DNA of 47,792 nucleotides, from sequence record DRR723986_2421; one strand, given 5' to 3'. Positions 30,328 through 39,644 of the stretch are shown here, piece after piece; positions within the stretch are counted from its first letter, which is position 1; each line of letters begins with the position of its first letter. The translations under genes and the position numbers were made by a program. The notes under the pieces were generated by a model that was given only the letters and a program-made list of their open reading frames with translations, made no database searches and was not told the DNA's origin.

Positions 30328-30494
30328 AGTGCACCCTCGGCATATATTCGTAGCCACCATTATAGAAAAAGCACGCTACTGCCGCCCCTAGGGTATGCCC
30401 CATACCAGTTGGTGATTTCGAGCGGAGATTCAGGTGCAACGTGGTCCAATCGATTACAATGTCTCGTTATCTTGTCCAACCACCCATTTTCACC

Positions 30495-30818
30495 ATGACA
30501 CACGTAGTTACCGAGTCTTGCATCAAATGCAAATACACCGATTGTGTGGATGTATGCCCAGTCGACTGTTTTCGCGAAGGCCCCAATTTTTTGGTGATCG
30601 ATCCAGACGAGTGCATCGACTGCGCCGTTTGTATTCCGGAATGTCCCGTCAACGCAATTTATGCTGAAGAGGATGTGCCTGCCGACCAGGTGAAGTTCAT
30701 CGACATGAACGTGGAACTGGCCAAAGATTGGCCGAGCATTACGCGCATGAAGGCACACCTGCCCGATGCCGATGACTGGAAAGACGTGAAAGACAAGCTG
30801 CAATACCTTGAAAAGTAA
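30495..30818 (+). CDS. fdxA: 7Fe ferredoxin (FdxA type)
   Basis: [26 protein letters not shown]...[12 protein letters not shown]. Confidence 0.95.
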   Translation: MTHVVTESCIKCKYTDCVDVCPVDCFREGPNFLVIDPDECIDCAVCIPECPVNAIYAEEDVPADQVKFIDMNVELAKDWPSITRMKAHLPDADDWKDVKDKLQYLEK

Positions 30819-30851
30819 TCCACTTCAAGGCAGTTCCAATCGAGTAGTTGC

Positions 30852-31658
30852 ATGAGTGAAGTTGAAGACAAATACACCCGGGAAACAATCACCAGCATGC
30901 GTGTTTGGGTGCCAGGCAAATTGTTTTCCTTCACCTGCACACGCCCAACAGGCTTTCGCTTCACGGCAGGCCAATTTGCCCGGCTGGGTGTTGATAACAC
31001 TTTGCAATTACCGGGCGAACCGGAAATCATCTGGCGAGCCTACTCCATGGTCTCGGGCCCATTTGACGAGCATCTTGAGTTTTTCTCAATTGTCGTACCT
31101 GAAGGGGCTTTTACCAGTCACCTAAGCCAGCTTCAGGTGGGTTCTCCTGTTTACATCGACAAAACCAATTTCGGCTTCCTCACCACGGCCCGCTTCGAGA
31201 CCGGTAAAGACCTCTGGCTATTGGGCTCAGGAACAGGTCTGGCACCCTTTCTCTCAATTCTTCACGACCCGCATACCTGGGAGCAATTCGAAAACATCGT
31301 GCTGGTACACAGTGCCCGAACTGCTGAGGAGCTGGTATATCAAGAAATGATCAAGGGCTTCGTTGAACACCCCATGCTCAGCGAACTGATCGAGAACGTC
31401 GAGAAACGGTTTGTTTATGTGCCTGTGGTCACCCGCGAGAAGGTGCCCAACTGTCTTGGTGAACGAATTACCACCTTGCTGGAACAAGGCACCTTGGTAG
31501 AACACACGGGCTTACCCATGAATGTTGAACGCAGTCGATTCATGATTTGCGGCAATCCGGAAATGGTCACGGACATACGTAAAGTTCTGAAATCAAAAGG
31601 TTATTCCCCTGCCCGAAGAAATACTCCAGGTGAGATCGCAGTCGAAAACTATTGGTGA
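30852..31658 (+). CDS. fpr: Ferredoxin--NADP+ reductase (bacterial type)
   Basis: FTAGQFARLG, RAYSMVS, GTGLAPFLS, MICGNPEM, C-terminal ENYW. Confidence 0.93.
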   Translation: MSEVEDKYTRETITSMRVWVPGKLFSFTCTRPTGFRFTAGQFARLGVDNTLQLPGEPEIIWRAYSMVSGPFDEHLEFFSIVVPEGAFTSHLSQLQVGSPVYIDKTNFGFLTTARFETGKDLWLLGSGTGLAPFLSILHDPHTWEQFENIVLVHSARTAEELVYQEMIKGFVEHPMLSELIENVEKRFVYVPVVTREKVPNCLGERITTLLEQGTLVEHTGLPMNVERSRFMICGNPEMVTDIRKVLKSKGYSPARRNTPGEIAVENYW

Positions 31659-31672
31659 TCGAGGAAACACTC

Positions 31673-31698
31673 AAACATGTTGCGTTGCAGCAATGTTT
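31673..31698. promoter_or_regulatory. Putative PhaR-type operator upstream of phaZ
   Basis: Imperfect palindrome AAACATGTTGC-GTT-GCAGCAATGTTT containing a TGC-N3-GCA core. Confidence 0.5.
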
Positions 31699-31773
31699 GC
31701 AAGATAATCGTCAGGAACCTGACACATAATTGTCAAATCAAGACAATCGCCTAATAAAGCCGGAGGCCATTCA

Positions 31774-33009
31774 ATGCTGTACCAAATGCACGAGTTTCAG
31801 CGAGCGCTGCTTAATCCAATGACGATTTGGGCAGAGGCGGGCTCCAAGCTTTACAGCAACCCGTTCAGCCCCTTGGCTCACTTGCCCATGGCACGGCGCA
31901 TCTCAGCGGGTTTCGAATTGATGTACCGCTTGGGCAAAGAATATGAAAAACCGGAATTCGGAATCACCACTGTAAAGTGCGGCGACCGAGAAGTCTCCAT
32001 CGTTCAGGAAATTGTCGAAACCAAACCATTCTGCAAGCTGATTCATTTCCGCAAAATGATTCCGGTAGAATCCAAGCCGCTAAAGCCACAACCGAAGGTC
32101 TTGGTCTTTGCCCCCTTGTCGGGTCACCATGCCACCTTGCTGCGCGACACTGTTAAAACCCTGCTTCAGGACCATGATGTCTACATCACAGACTGGGTTG
32201 ACGCACGCATGGTGCCCCTGTCCGAAGGCGACTTCCACCTTGACGACTATGTACACTACTGTATCGAGTTCATTCAGTTGCTGGGGCCCAACGTCCATCT
32301 GATTTCCGTGTGCCAACCCACCGTGCCGGTCATGGCAGCTGTTTCGCTGATGGCGTCCAACAAAGACCCAAAACAGGCCAAGAGCATGACCATGATGGGT
32401 GGCCCTATTGACACCCGCGAAAGCCCCACAGAAGTGAACAACCTGGCCACTAAAAAGCCCTATTCCTGGTTTGAAAACAATGTGATTTACAGCGTGCCCC
32501 ACACCTACCCGGGTTACCTGCGCCGCGTGTATCCGGGCTTCTTGCAACACTTGGGCTTTGTCAGCATGAATCCGGACAAGCATGCGCAAAGTCATTATGA
32601 CTTTTACATGCACTTGGTCGAGGGCGATGGCGAAAGCGCCGAAAGCCACAGGCAGTTCTACGATGAATACAATGCCGTGCTCGACATGCCAGCCGAATAT
32701 TATCTGGACACGATCAAGACCGTGTTTCAAGATCACGCCTTGCCCCTTGGCACATGGGAAGTGCGCGGGCAGCGGGTAAAGCCCGAAGATGTGAAAACAG
32801 TCGCACTGCTTACCATTGAAGGCGAACTGGATGATATTTCTGGGCCCGGTCAAACCAAAGCCGCGCTCAAGCTGTGTAAAAACCTGCCGGCGGACAAGAA
32901 AGAGCATTACGAGGCCTTGGAATGCGGACACTATGGTATCTTCAGCGGTCGCCGTTGGCGCGAGAAGGTTTACCCAAAAATCCGCGAATTCATAGCCAAG
33001 AATGCATGA
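31774..33009 (+). CDS. phaZ: Intracellular PHB depolymerase (PhaZ1/PhaZa type)
   Basis: APLSGHHATLLRDTV, SVCQP catalytic Cys, EGELDDISG, GHYGIFSGRRW. GGAGG RBS. Confidence 0.95.
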   Translation: MLYQMHEFQRALLNPMTIWAEAGSKLYSNPFSPLAHLPMARRISAGFELMYRLGKEYEKPEFGITTVKCGDREVSIVQEIVETKPFCKLIHFRKMIPVESKPLKPQPKVLVFAPLSGHHATLLRDTVKTLLQDHDVYITDWVDARMVPLSEGDFHLDDYVHYCIEFIQLLGPNVHLISVCQPTVPVMAAVSLMASNKDPKQAKSMTMMGGPIDTRESPTEVNNLATKKPYSWFENNVIYSVPHTYPGYLRRVYPGFLQHLGFVSMNPDKHAQSHYDFYMHLVEGDGESAESHRQFYDEYNAVLDMPAEYYLDTIKTVFQDHALPLGTWEVRGQRVKPEDVKTVALLTIEGELDDISGPGQTKAALKLCKNLPADKKEHYEALECGHYGIFSGRRWREKVYPKIREFIAKNA

Positions 33010-33643
33010 GCAGCTTGTACAACAGATAGACGACCTACTTCCTCAAACTCAATGCACGCAATGTGGGTTTGAGGGCTGCTTGCCTTACGCCAAAGCGTTG
33101 GCGAACGGGGAAGCCGATTTGAACCGTTGCCCGCCAGGCGGTGAGAGTACGATCGCTGCCCTTTCCGCTCTGCTAAACCTTCCTGTAAAACCAGTTGATC
33201 CTGGCTGTGGCTCGACCATTGAGCGGCATATTGCCAGCATTCACCCCCAACATTGTATTGGGTGCACCCTGTGCATCAAAGCGTGCCCTGTCGATGCAAT
33301 TGTGGGCAGCAGCAAACGCAGACATGCCGTCATTGCCGAGCTGTGCACTGGGTGCGAACTGTGCATTCCACCTTGCCCGGTAGACTGCATCGACATGGTG
33401 TTCATACCCGAGTTCAGCGCTTGGGATCAAACCCAGGCTCATGCGGCCCGCGCTAGAATGCATGCGCGGGAAATTCGCTTGATGCGACAAAAAGAAGAAC
33501 AGGCAGAAAGGCTCGAAGCCAAGGCAATTCACAAACTGGACGAGCTGGATGACACGCCCAGCCCCGATGCAGCCGCCAAAAAGGCTGTGGTACAAGCCGC
33601 ACTGGCCAGGGCACGGGCACGACGACAGGCGCAAACATCATGA
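33002..33643 (+). CDS. rnfB: RnfB/RsxB-like Fe-S protein
   Basis: LLPQTQCTQCGFEGC...NRCPPGG plus two CxxCxxCxxxCP motifs. No N-terminal TM anchor. Confidence 0.88.
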   Translation: MHEQLVQQIDDLLPQTQCTQCGFEGCLPYAKALANGEADLNRCPPGGESTIAALSALLNLPVKPVDPGCGSTIERHIASIHPQHCIGCTLCIKACPVDAIVGSSKRRHAVIAELCTGCELCIPPCPVDCIDMVFIPEFSAWDQTQAHAARARMHAREIRLMRQKEEQAERLEAKAIHKLDELDDTPSPDAAAKKAVVQAALARARARRQAQTS

Positions 33644-34272
33644 ACAAGGAAAAACGCACCGAGATCTTCACACGATTTCAGCAGGCAAACCCAGAACCAA
33701 AAACCGAGCTGGAGTATTCGACACCGTTTGAGCTACTTGCAGCTGTTTTACTCAGTGCACAAGCCACCGACAAAGGCGTGAACATTGCCACTCGGAAACT
33801 GTTTGCCGTCGCAAATACGCCAGCAGCAATCGCAGAGCTCGGTGTTGCCGGGGTTGAGGAGTACATCAAAACAATTGGGCTTTTTCGCTCCAAAGCCAAA
33901 CATCTTGTGCAAACTGCCGAAATTTTGCGAGACCAATACAATGGTGAAGTTCCTGCGGACAGGGAAGCCCTTGAAAGCTTGCCAGGTGTTGGCCGAAAAA
34001 CTGCGAATGTGGTGCTGAACACCGCCTTTGGACAACCCACCATGGCTGTCGATACGCATATTTTCCGAATCAGCAACCGCACTGGCATTGCCCCGGGGAA
34101 AGACGTACTCGAAGTTGAAAAACGGCTACTGAAGCTGGTCCCCCAAGAGTTTATGTTGAACGCTCACCATTGGCTGATTTTGCATGGCCGCTATGTGTGC
34201 AAGGCACGCAAACCGGAATGCACTCGTTGTAGTATCGTGGACTTGTGCGAATTCAAAAAGAAAACAACATGA
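33640..34272 (+). CDS. nth: Endonuclease III
   Basis: LSAQATD, HhH LPGVGRKTA, AVDTH, GRYVCKARKPECTRC...C 4Fe-4S motif. Confidence 0.98.
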   Translation: MNKEKRTEIFTRFQQANPEPKTELEYSTPFELLAAVLLSAQATDKGVNIATRKLFAVANTPAAIAELGVAGVEEYIKTIGLFRSKAKHLVQTAEILRDQYNGEVPADREALESLPGVGRKTANVVLNTAFGQPTMAVDTHIFRISNRTGIAPGKDVLEVEKRLLKLVPQEFMLNAHHWLILHGRYVCKARKPECTRCSIVDLCEFKKKTT

Positions 34273-35363
34273 GCCACGCAATTTGCGTTCAAGTGTTCAG
34301 TGATGCCCGGCTTGAAGATGCCGCTGCGCTGGTTGAAAGTGCCGTTGAAAAGGCCGGGCTTCGCCGTCACACCGACTACGTCAGCCGGGTTATTTTGTTG
34401 TGTACTCCCCATTTCGCTCCACTTCTGCAAGATCTCGCACAGTTGTGTGTCAGCAAAACCAACTGCATGAATGTGTGGGGTGGTTGTGCCTCAGGCTTGC
34501 TGGGGCAAGGCCAGGTGTTTAGCAATGAACCCACTGTGTTGATCGCTGTGTTTGGCAAAGAATTTGAAACTCCGCGAGACAGCATTCCAGTAAGGCACGC
34601 GGCATTGAACCTGTGCATGGTCGAACATGAACAAGTGCTGACTGACCACTGGGCGATGGCAGATTGCGAGCCCGACTCTAGTGTGGTTCAGGCCGATACC
34701 TTGGGGTTACTGTCGTATGGCGCCAATTACGCAAAAATGCCGCGCGTCGAGCACGGTCGCCTGTGCGGCGAAGCCATTTGTGCAACCCAACTATTGGTGC
34801 AAACCCCTTTGGTTCTCAACTCGGAAGGACTCACATTTCTGGGGCCCCATCAAACAGTGAGCGAAAGCAATGGCCTGTTTCTGATTCGAGTGGGGGATGA
34901 AAAAGCAGCCTTGGCACTGCAATGTCCGGCGGAACAGCCTCGCCCGGTGGGCATGCGGCTGCAAGTGGTACATGACAAAGGCGAAAGCTGGATACCCGTA
35001 ATGGAAATTCATGCCGATGGAACCTTGGGACTCGCTGCGCCGGTGCTCAAGGGACAAAAAGTACGACTGGCCCATCGCACACCCAAAGCGATTGATCAGG
35101 AAATCAGGGAATGGATGCCGACCGTAAGCGCGCATTTCAAAGCCAAAGCACCCGAGGTGGGAATCCTCTTCGCTGGCTTTGAACGCAGCCAGATGTGCCA
35201 TGCCGATGACAATGACATTGCCACCTTGTTAGCCAGTTTTCCTGGCACAGAATGGATTGGCGTGTTTGGTCAAGCCGCTTGGCTGAACCGCGGGGACACA
35301 GTGGTAACACCCCCCAGAAACAATCGACTCAGTCTGTGCCTGTTCAATTACCCACAGACGTAA
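34269..35363 (+). CDS. Divergent FIST (N+C) domain protein
   Basis: N-terminal AVEKAGL...VILLCTPHF...VWGGCASG and C-terminal SFPGTEWIGVFG resemble FIST_N/FIST_C. ATGA overlap with nth. Confidence 0.6.
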   Translation: MSHAICVQVFSDARLEDAAALVESAVEKAGLRRHTDYVSRVILLCTPHFAPLLQDLAQLCVSKTNCMNVWGGCASGLLGQGQVFSNEPTVLIAVFGKEFETPRDSIPVRHAALNLCMVEHEQVLTDHWAMADCEPDSSVVQADTLGLLSYGANYAKMPRVEHGRLCGEAICATQLLVQTPLVLNSEGLTFLGPHQTVSESNGLFLIRVGDEKAALALQCPAEQPRPVGMRLQVVHDKGESWIPVMEIHADGTLGLAAPVLKGQKVRLAHRTPKAIDQEIREWMPTVSAHFKAKAPEVGILFAGFERSQMCHADDNDIATLLASFPGTEWIGVFGQAAWLNRGDTVVTPPRNNRLSLCLFNYPQT

Positions 35364-35382
35364 TTCACGAGGTGACCATCTC

Positions 35383-35817
35383 ATGTTTAATCCAACGCGT
35401 GACCAAGCGCGACTGTTTTTCTTGAACAGCTGGAAAAAGTATCACAAGGAAGAGCCGCTGACAGAGGCAGAAAGTCTTGCCCTGCAATGGATGACCAAGC
35501 ATCCGGAGTACTTTGATATTTTTGATGCTGAACCAGAATCAATTCTCGCGGCTGATTTTTCGGTGGAAGCAGGTCAGAGCAATCCTTTTCTGCACTTGTC
35601 GATGCACTTGGCCGTGGCAGAGCAAGTCAGCATTGACCAACCACCCGGCATTCGCGCTGCATTCGCCAAACTGTGCGAAAAAATGGGCGATGATCACAAG
35701 GCGGCGCATCAGGTATTTGAATGTTTGGCCGAGCAAATCTACCAGCAACAGAAAAACGGGGTTGCCTTCAGCAGCGAAAATTACATTCAATGCATTCTGG
35801 AACACAGCGGGGTTTGA
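35383..35817 (+). CDS. DUF1841-family protein
   Basis: MFNPTRDQAR, HPEY, NPFLHLSMHLAVAEQVSIDQPPGI. Confidence 0.88.
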   Translation: MFNPTRDQARLFFLNSWKKYHKEEPLTEAESLALQWMTKHPEYFDIFDAEPESILAADFSVEAGQSNPFLHLSMHLAVAEQVSIDQPPGIRAAFAKLCEKMGDDHKAAHQVFECLAEQIYQQQKNGVAFSSENYIQCILEHSGV

Positions 35818-35835
35818 TTCTCCCTTATCACCGTT

Positions 35836-35877
35836 AAAAAAAACCCGCTTCAGCCACACGGCTCCAAGCGGGTTTTT
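35836..35877. terminator. Bidirectional intrinsic terminator
   Basis: A8-CCCGCTT...AAGCGGG-T5 between convergent genes. Confidence 0.82.
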
Positions 35878-35910
35878 ATCAAGCTCGGCCCAATCGGGCC
35901 AATGCGCAGC

Positions 35911-36243
35911 TTACTTTTTCAAGTACAAATCGCCTTCAAGGGATGCAAAAAACGCAGACAAATCCTTGATGTCTTGCTGGCTCAGGCCGGCGGCCATACC
36001 GGCCATAATGGCGTTATTGCGGCCACCCTTCTGGTACTGCTTCAGGGTATTGGCAATGTAGTCCGCATGTTGACCAGCCAGCTTGGGATAAGAAGGATCC
36101 ATGGTTTTGTTCCAGTTGCCCTCAACAGCGTGACAAGCGGCACATTGTGCTTCAGCCTTGGCTTTACCTGCTGCAATGTCTGCGGCCTGAACGGAGAAAG
36201 AAGCGGCTAACAAGGCTGCTGCGATCGCGAATTTAGTTTTCAT
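35911..36243 (-). CDS. Monoheme c-type cytochrome (c553/c554-like)
   Basis: Signal peptide, CAACH, YPKLAGQH, RNNAIM. Confidence 0.92.
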   Translation of the reverse strand: MKTKFAIAAALLAASFSVQAADIAAGKAKAEAQCAACHAVEGNWNKTMDPSYPKLAGQHADYIANTLKQYQKGGRNNAIMAGMAAGLSQQDIKDLSAFFASLEGDLYLKK

Positions 36244-36265
36244 GTTGAATGGTCCTTGTTGCAAA

Positions 36266-36607
36266 TCACTTGGCCTGCGCATAGTATGCGGCCAGGTCAG
36301 CGATGTCTTGTTCGGTCAGCGTTTCGGCAATGCCACGCATAGTCGGGTGTTTGCGATCGCCTTTTTTATAGGCATTCAATGCAGCCTCGATGTACTTGGC
36401 ATTTTGGCCGGCAATGTAAGGCACGTTGTAAACCTCGGGGAAGCTGGCCTTGTAACCGGGAATACCATGGCAACCAATGCACATGGACTTCTTCGATGCC
36501 GCTGCCTCGGCGTTGCCTTCAACAGCCATCGCGGGGGCGGCAAAAGCCACCGCAGCCAACAGGCCGGTAGCGCTCATCGCGCGAACAGTCAAACCGATAC
36601 GTTTCAT
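36266..36607 (-). CDS. Monoheme c-type cytochrome (c553/c554-like)
   Basis: Signal peptide, CIGCH, VPYIAGQ, RKHPTM. Confidence 0.92.
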   Translation of the reverse strand: MKRIGLTVRAMSATGLLAAVAFAAPAMAVEGNAEAAASKKSMCIGCHGIPGYKASFPEVYNVPYIAGQNAKYIEAALNAYKKGDRKHPTMRGIAETLTEQDIADLAAYYAQAK

Positions 36608-36817
36608 CTCGCTCTCTCGTCAACAAATGTAATTGGAGGTCAGCCGCGCCATTTTGTGTAGGGGGTGGCGCTGGGCAAAAACCTTGCTATTTTACGGTCG
36701 ATCTGTCGCTTAGTCTATGTGCGGCTTGCCGAAAGCGCCAAATTGGATGAAAAATTCAGCAATTTCGCCCCTAAAAGCACTTACACTGACGATATTGAAT
36801 TACAAGGAATTACAAAA

Positions 36818-37660
36818 ATGCGTTTTGAAGGTAGCAAAACCTACGTCGCCACCGACGATCTTAAACTCGCCGTCAACGCGGCAATTACGCTGCAACGACC
36901 TTTGCTGATCAAGGGTGAACCTGGCACTGGAAAAACCCTGCTGGCCGAAGAAGTAGCGGCATCACTGGGCCTTGAACTCATGCAATGGCACATTAAATCA
37001 ACCACCAAGGCCCAACAAGGCCTGTACGAGTATGATGCGGTGAGCCGACTGCGCGACTCGCAACTGGGTGATGAACGCGTGAAAGACATCGCGAACTACA
37101 TTGTGAAAGGCGTCTTGTGGCAAGCGTTTGAGAGCGACAAGCCTGTTGTTTTGCTGATCGATGAAATTGACAAGGCCGATATTGAATTCCCGAACGACTT
37201 GTTGCGTGAAATCGATCGTATGGAATTCTTCTGCTATGAAACCAAGCAGCTGATTAAAGCGAAACACCGCCCCATTGTGATCATTACCTCCAACAACGAG
37301 AAAGAGCTGCCTGATGCCTTCCTGCGTCGTTGTTTCTTCCATTACATTCAGTTTCCTGACAAGGCCACCATGGAAAGCATTGTGGCCGTGCACTTCAAAA
37401 ACTTGAAGAAAGAGTTGCTGGATGCTGCGATGGCCAGTTTTTTTGGCATTCGCGCCCTGCCGGGATTGAAGAAGAAACCCACTACATCCGAGCTCATCGA
37501 TTGGCTTCGTCTCTTGCTGGCTGAGGACATTCCGGCCAGTGCCCTGCAGGCCAAGGACGGCAAAGACGCGATTCCACCCATGCACGGCGCTTTGTTGAAA
37601 AACGAACAAGACATTGAATTGTTCAACCGTTTGGTGTTCATGGCCCGCCAGGGTCGCTAA
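36818..37660 (+). CDS. MoxR-family AAA+ ATPase
   Basis: GEPGTGKT, LLIDEIDKAD, SNNEKELPDAFLRRC. AAGGA RBS before ATG 36818. Confidence 0.92.
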   Translation: MRFEGSKTYVATDDLKLAVNAAITLQRPLLIKGEPGTGKTLLAEEVAASLGLELMQWHIKSTTKAQQGLYEYDAVSRLRDSQLGDERVKDIANYIVKGVLWQAFESDKPVVLLIDEIDKADIEFPNDLLREIDRMEFFCYETKQLIKAKHRPIVIITSNNEKELPDAFLRRCFFHYIQFPDKATMESIVAVHFKNLKKELLDAAMASFFGIRALPGLKKKPTTSELIDWLRLLLAEDIPASALQAKDGKDAIPPMHGALLKNEQDIELFNRLVFMARQGR

Positions 37661-37674
37661 CAAAGGCTTTCGCT

Positions 37675-38850
37675 GTGCTACTGGATTTTTTCTTTCAACT
37701 TCGCGACGCCAAGATTCCGGTCACCGTCCGGGAATACCTCACCCTGCTGGAAGGGATGAAGGCTCAGTTCATGACTCCAAGCCTGGACAATTTTTACCAT
37801 TTGTCCAGGCTTACCCTGGTCAAAGACGAAAGATTCTTCGACCGGTTCGATCAGGTATTCGGCAGCTACTTCAAAGGGCTTGAAAAGAACATGGATCTTT
37901 TCGCCCAGCTGCCAAAAGATTGGCTGGAAAAACGATTCAACCGTGAATTCACGCCCGAGGAAATGGCTGCGATTGAGGCCATGGGCGGGTTGGACAAATT
38001 GATGGAGCGTCTCAAGGAGCTACTCAAGGAGCAAAAAGAGCGGCACGAAGGTGGCAGCAAATGGATTGGCTCGGGTGGCACCTCGCCTTTCGGCAACAAT
38101 GGATACAACCCGGAAGGCGTGCGCATTGGGCAAGATGAAAGCAGAAACCGCCGTGCAGTGAAGGTGTGGGACCAGCGTCTTTATCAGGATTACGACGACG
38201 AGCTGGAAATTGGTACACGCAATATCAAAATCGCCTTGCGTCGACTACGCCGTTTCGCGCGGGAAGGCGCAGAAGACGAACTCGATCTGGACAACACGAT
38301 TGAATCCACGGCACGCAATGCAGGATGGCTTGATTTGAAAATGCGTCCGGAGCGTCACAATTCAGTGAAGGTATTGATGCTGCTGGATGTGGGTGGTTCC
38401 ATGGACGACCACATTCGCCGCACTGAAGAACTGTTCAGCGCTGCAAAAAGTGAATTCAAACACTTGGAGTTCTATTATTTTCACAATTGCGTCTATGACT
38501 TTTTGTGGAAAAAAAACCATCGTCGACACAGCGAAAGGTTTCAAACCACTGACATATTGCGTACCTACAACAGCGATTACCGCCTGATCTTTGTGGGTGA
38601 TGCCACGATGAGCCCCTATGAAATTCTGCAACCTGGCGGCTCGGTTGAATACAACAACAAGGAAGCCGGTGCGGTGTGGCTGCGGCGTTTTCTGGATCGT
38701 TTCCCGAAAGCTGTTTGGCTGAATCCGGAACCTGAAGGGCTATGGCAATATCGTCAAAGCGTTGAAATCATTCAAAATATTATGGAACACCGAATGCATC
38801 CGCTGACAGTAGCCGGGCTAGAAACAGCCATGCGATATCTTAGTAAGTAA
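37675..38850 (+). CDS. VWA domain protein (CoxE-like partner of MoxR)
   Basis: DVGGSMDDH MIDAS-like motif, YYFHNC, FVGDATMSPYE, WLNP. GTG start. Confidence 0.9.
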   Translation: MLLDFFFQLRDAKIPVTVREYLTLLEGMKAQFMTPSLDNFYHLSRLTLVKDERFFDRFDQVFGSYFKGLEKNMDLFAQLPKDWLEKRFNREFTPEEMAAIEAMGGLDKLMERLKELLKEQKERHEGGSKWIGSGGTSPFGNNGYNPEGVRIGQDESRNRRAVKVWDQRLYQDYDDELEIGTRNIKIALRRLRRFAREGAEDELDLDNTIESTARNAGWLDLKMRPERHNSVKVLMLLDVGGSMDDHIRRTEELFSAAKSEFKHLEFYYFHNCVYDFLWKKNHRRHSERFQTTDILRTYNSDYRLIFVGDATMSPYEILQPGGSVEYNNKEAGAVWLRRFLDRFPKAVWLNPEPEGLWQYRQSVEIIQNIMEHRMHPLTVAGLETAMRYLSK

Positions 38851-38919
38851 TCCTTGTATTCCTTTTTCTGGCCCTCCCCGTTATTAGCAACACAAACACA
38901 TTTCGTGTGGAGAAAGAAA

Positions 38920-39510
38920 ATGGAAACCAAACGTACCCATCCCCTGATTATTACTGCCGCTGTTGCCGTGATTCTGGCCAGTGGCATTGCAATTGCATCC
39001 ATGACTGGCCTACTGCCAAGCAGCAATGCCAATATGAGCGACCAGGAAATCGCGCAATTGGAAGAAGAAGCACGACTGGAAGAAGAAGCAAAAGCCAAGG
39101 AAGAGGCCGCTGCCAAGAAAGCAGCGTCAAAGCCTGTCGCTTCCAAGCCCGCACCCGTGCAAACAGCCGCAACTTGCAGTACCTGTGGCCGCGTTGTGGA
39201 AATTCGCCAACGCACCATTCAAGGTGAAGGCTCCGGCATCGGCGCAGTGGCTGGTGGCGTGGTAGGCGGCCTGCTGGGCAACCAGATTGGTGGCGGTAGC
39301 GGCAAGAAAGTGGCCACCGCAGCTGGCGTGGTCGGTGGTGCGGTGTTAGGTAACAAAATTGAAAAAGACCGCAACTCGACTACCCAGTACGATGTGGTGG
39401 TTCAGTACGATGCTGGCGGCTCAGACGTGTTCAGCTTCAGCAGCCCACCCAGCTGGCAGTCTGGCGACCGCGTGAAAGTTGTGAACGGTCAGATCACCTC
39501 TAGCCTGTAA
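38920..39510 (+). CDS. Glycine-zipper 2TM domain protein
   Basis: GAVAGGVVGGLLGNQIGGGSG...GGAVLGNKIEK, N-terminal hydrophobic helix, GDRVKV tail. Confidence 0.88.
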   Translation: METKRTHPLIITAAVAVILASGIAIASMTGLLPSSNANMSDQEIAQLEEEARLEEEAKAKEEAAAKKAASKPVASKPAPVQTAATCSTCGRVVEIRQRTIQGEGSGIGAVAGGVVGGLLGNQIGGGSGKKVATAAGVVGGAVLGNKIEKDRNSTTQYDVVVQYDAGGSDVFSFSSPPSWQSGDRVKVVNGQITSSL

Positions 39511-39566
39511 ACCCGCTCATCTGTTTACAGGATTTGTTTGGTCACCCAGCAATGGGTGGCCTTTTT
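39504..39566 (+). terminator. Tandem hairpins with intrinsic terminator
   Basis: CCTGTAAAC-N10-GTTTACAGG, then GGTCACCCA-GCAA-TGGGTGGCC-T5. Confidence 0.78.
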
Positions 39567-39644
39567 CATTTGAATGGCCAGTTGTGGAACCAGTTAAAAT
39601 TGTGGGGCACTCAATTCAAATTTCCTTTTGAATGGAGTCGCCAC

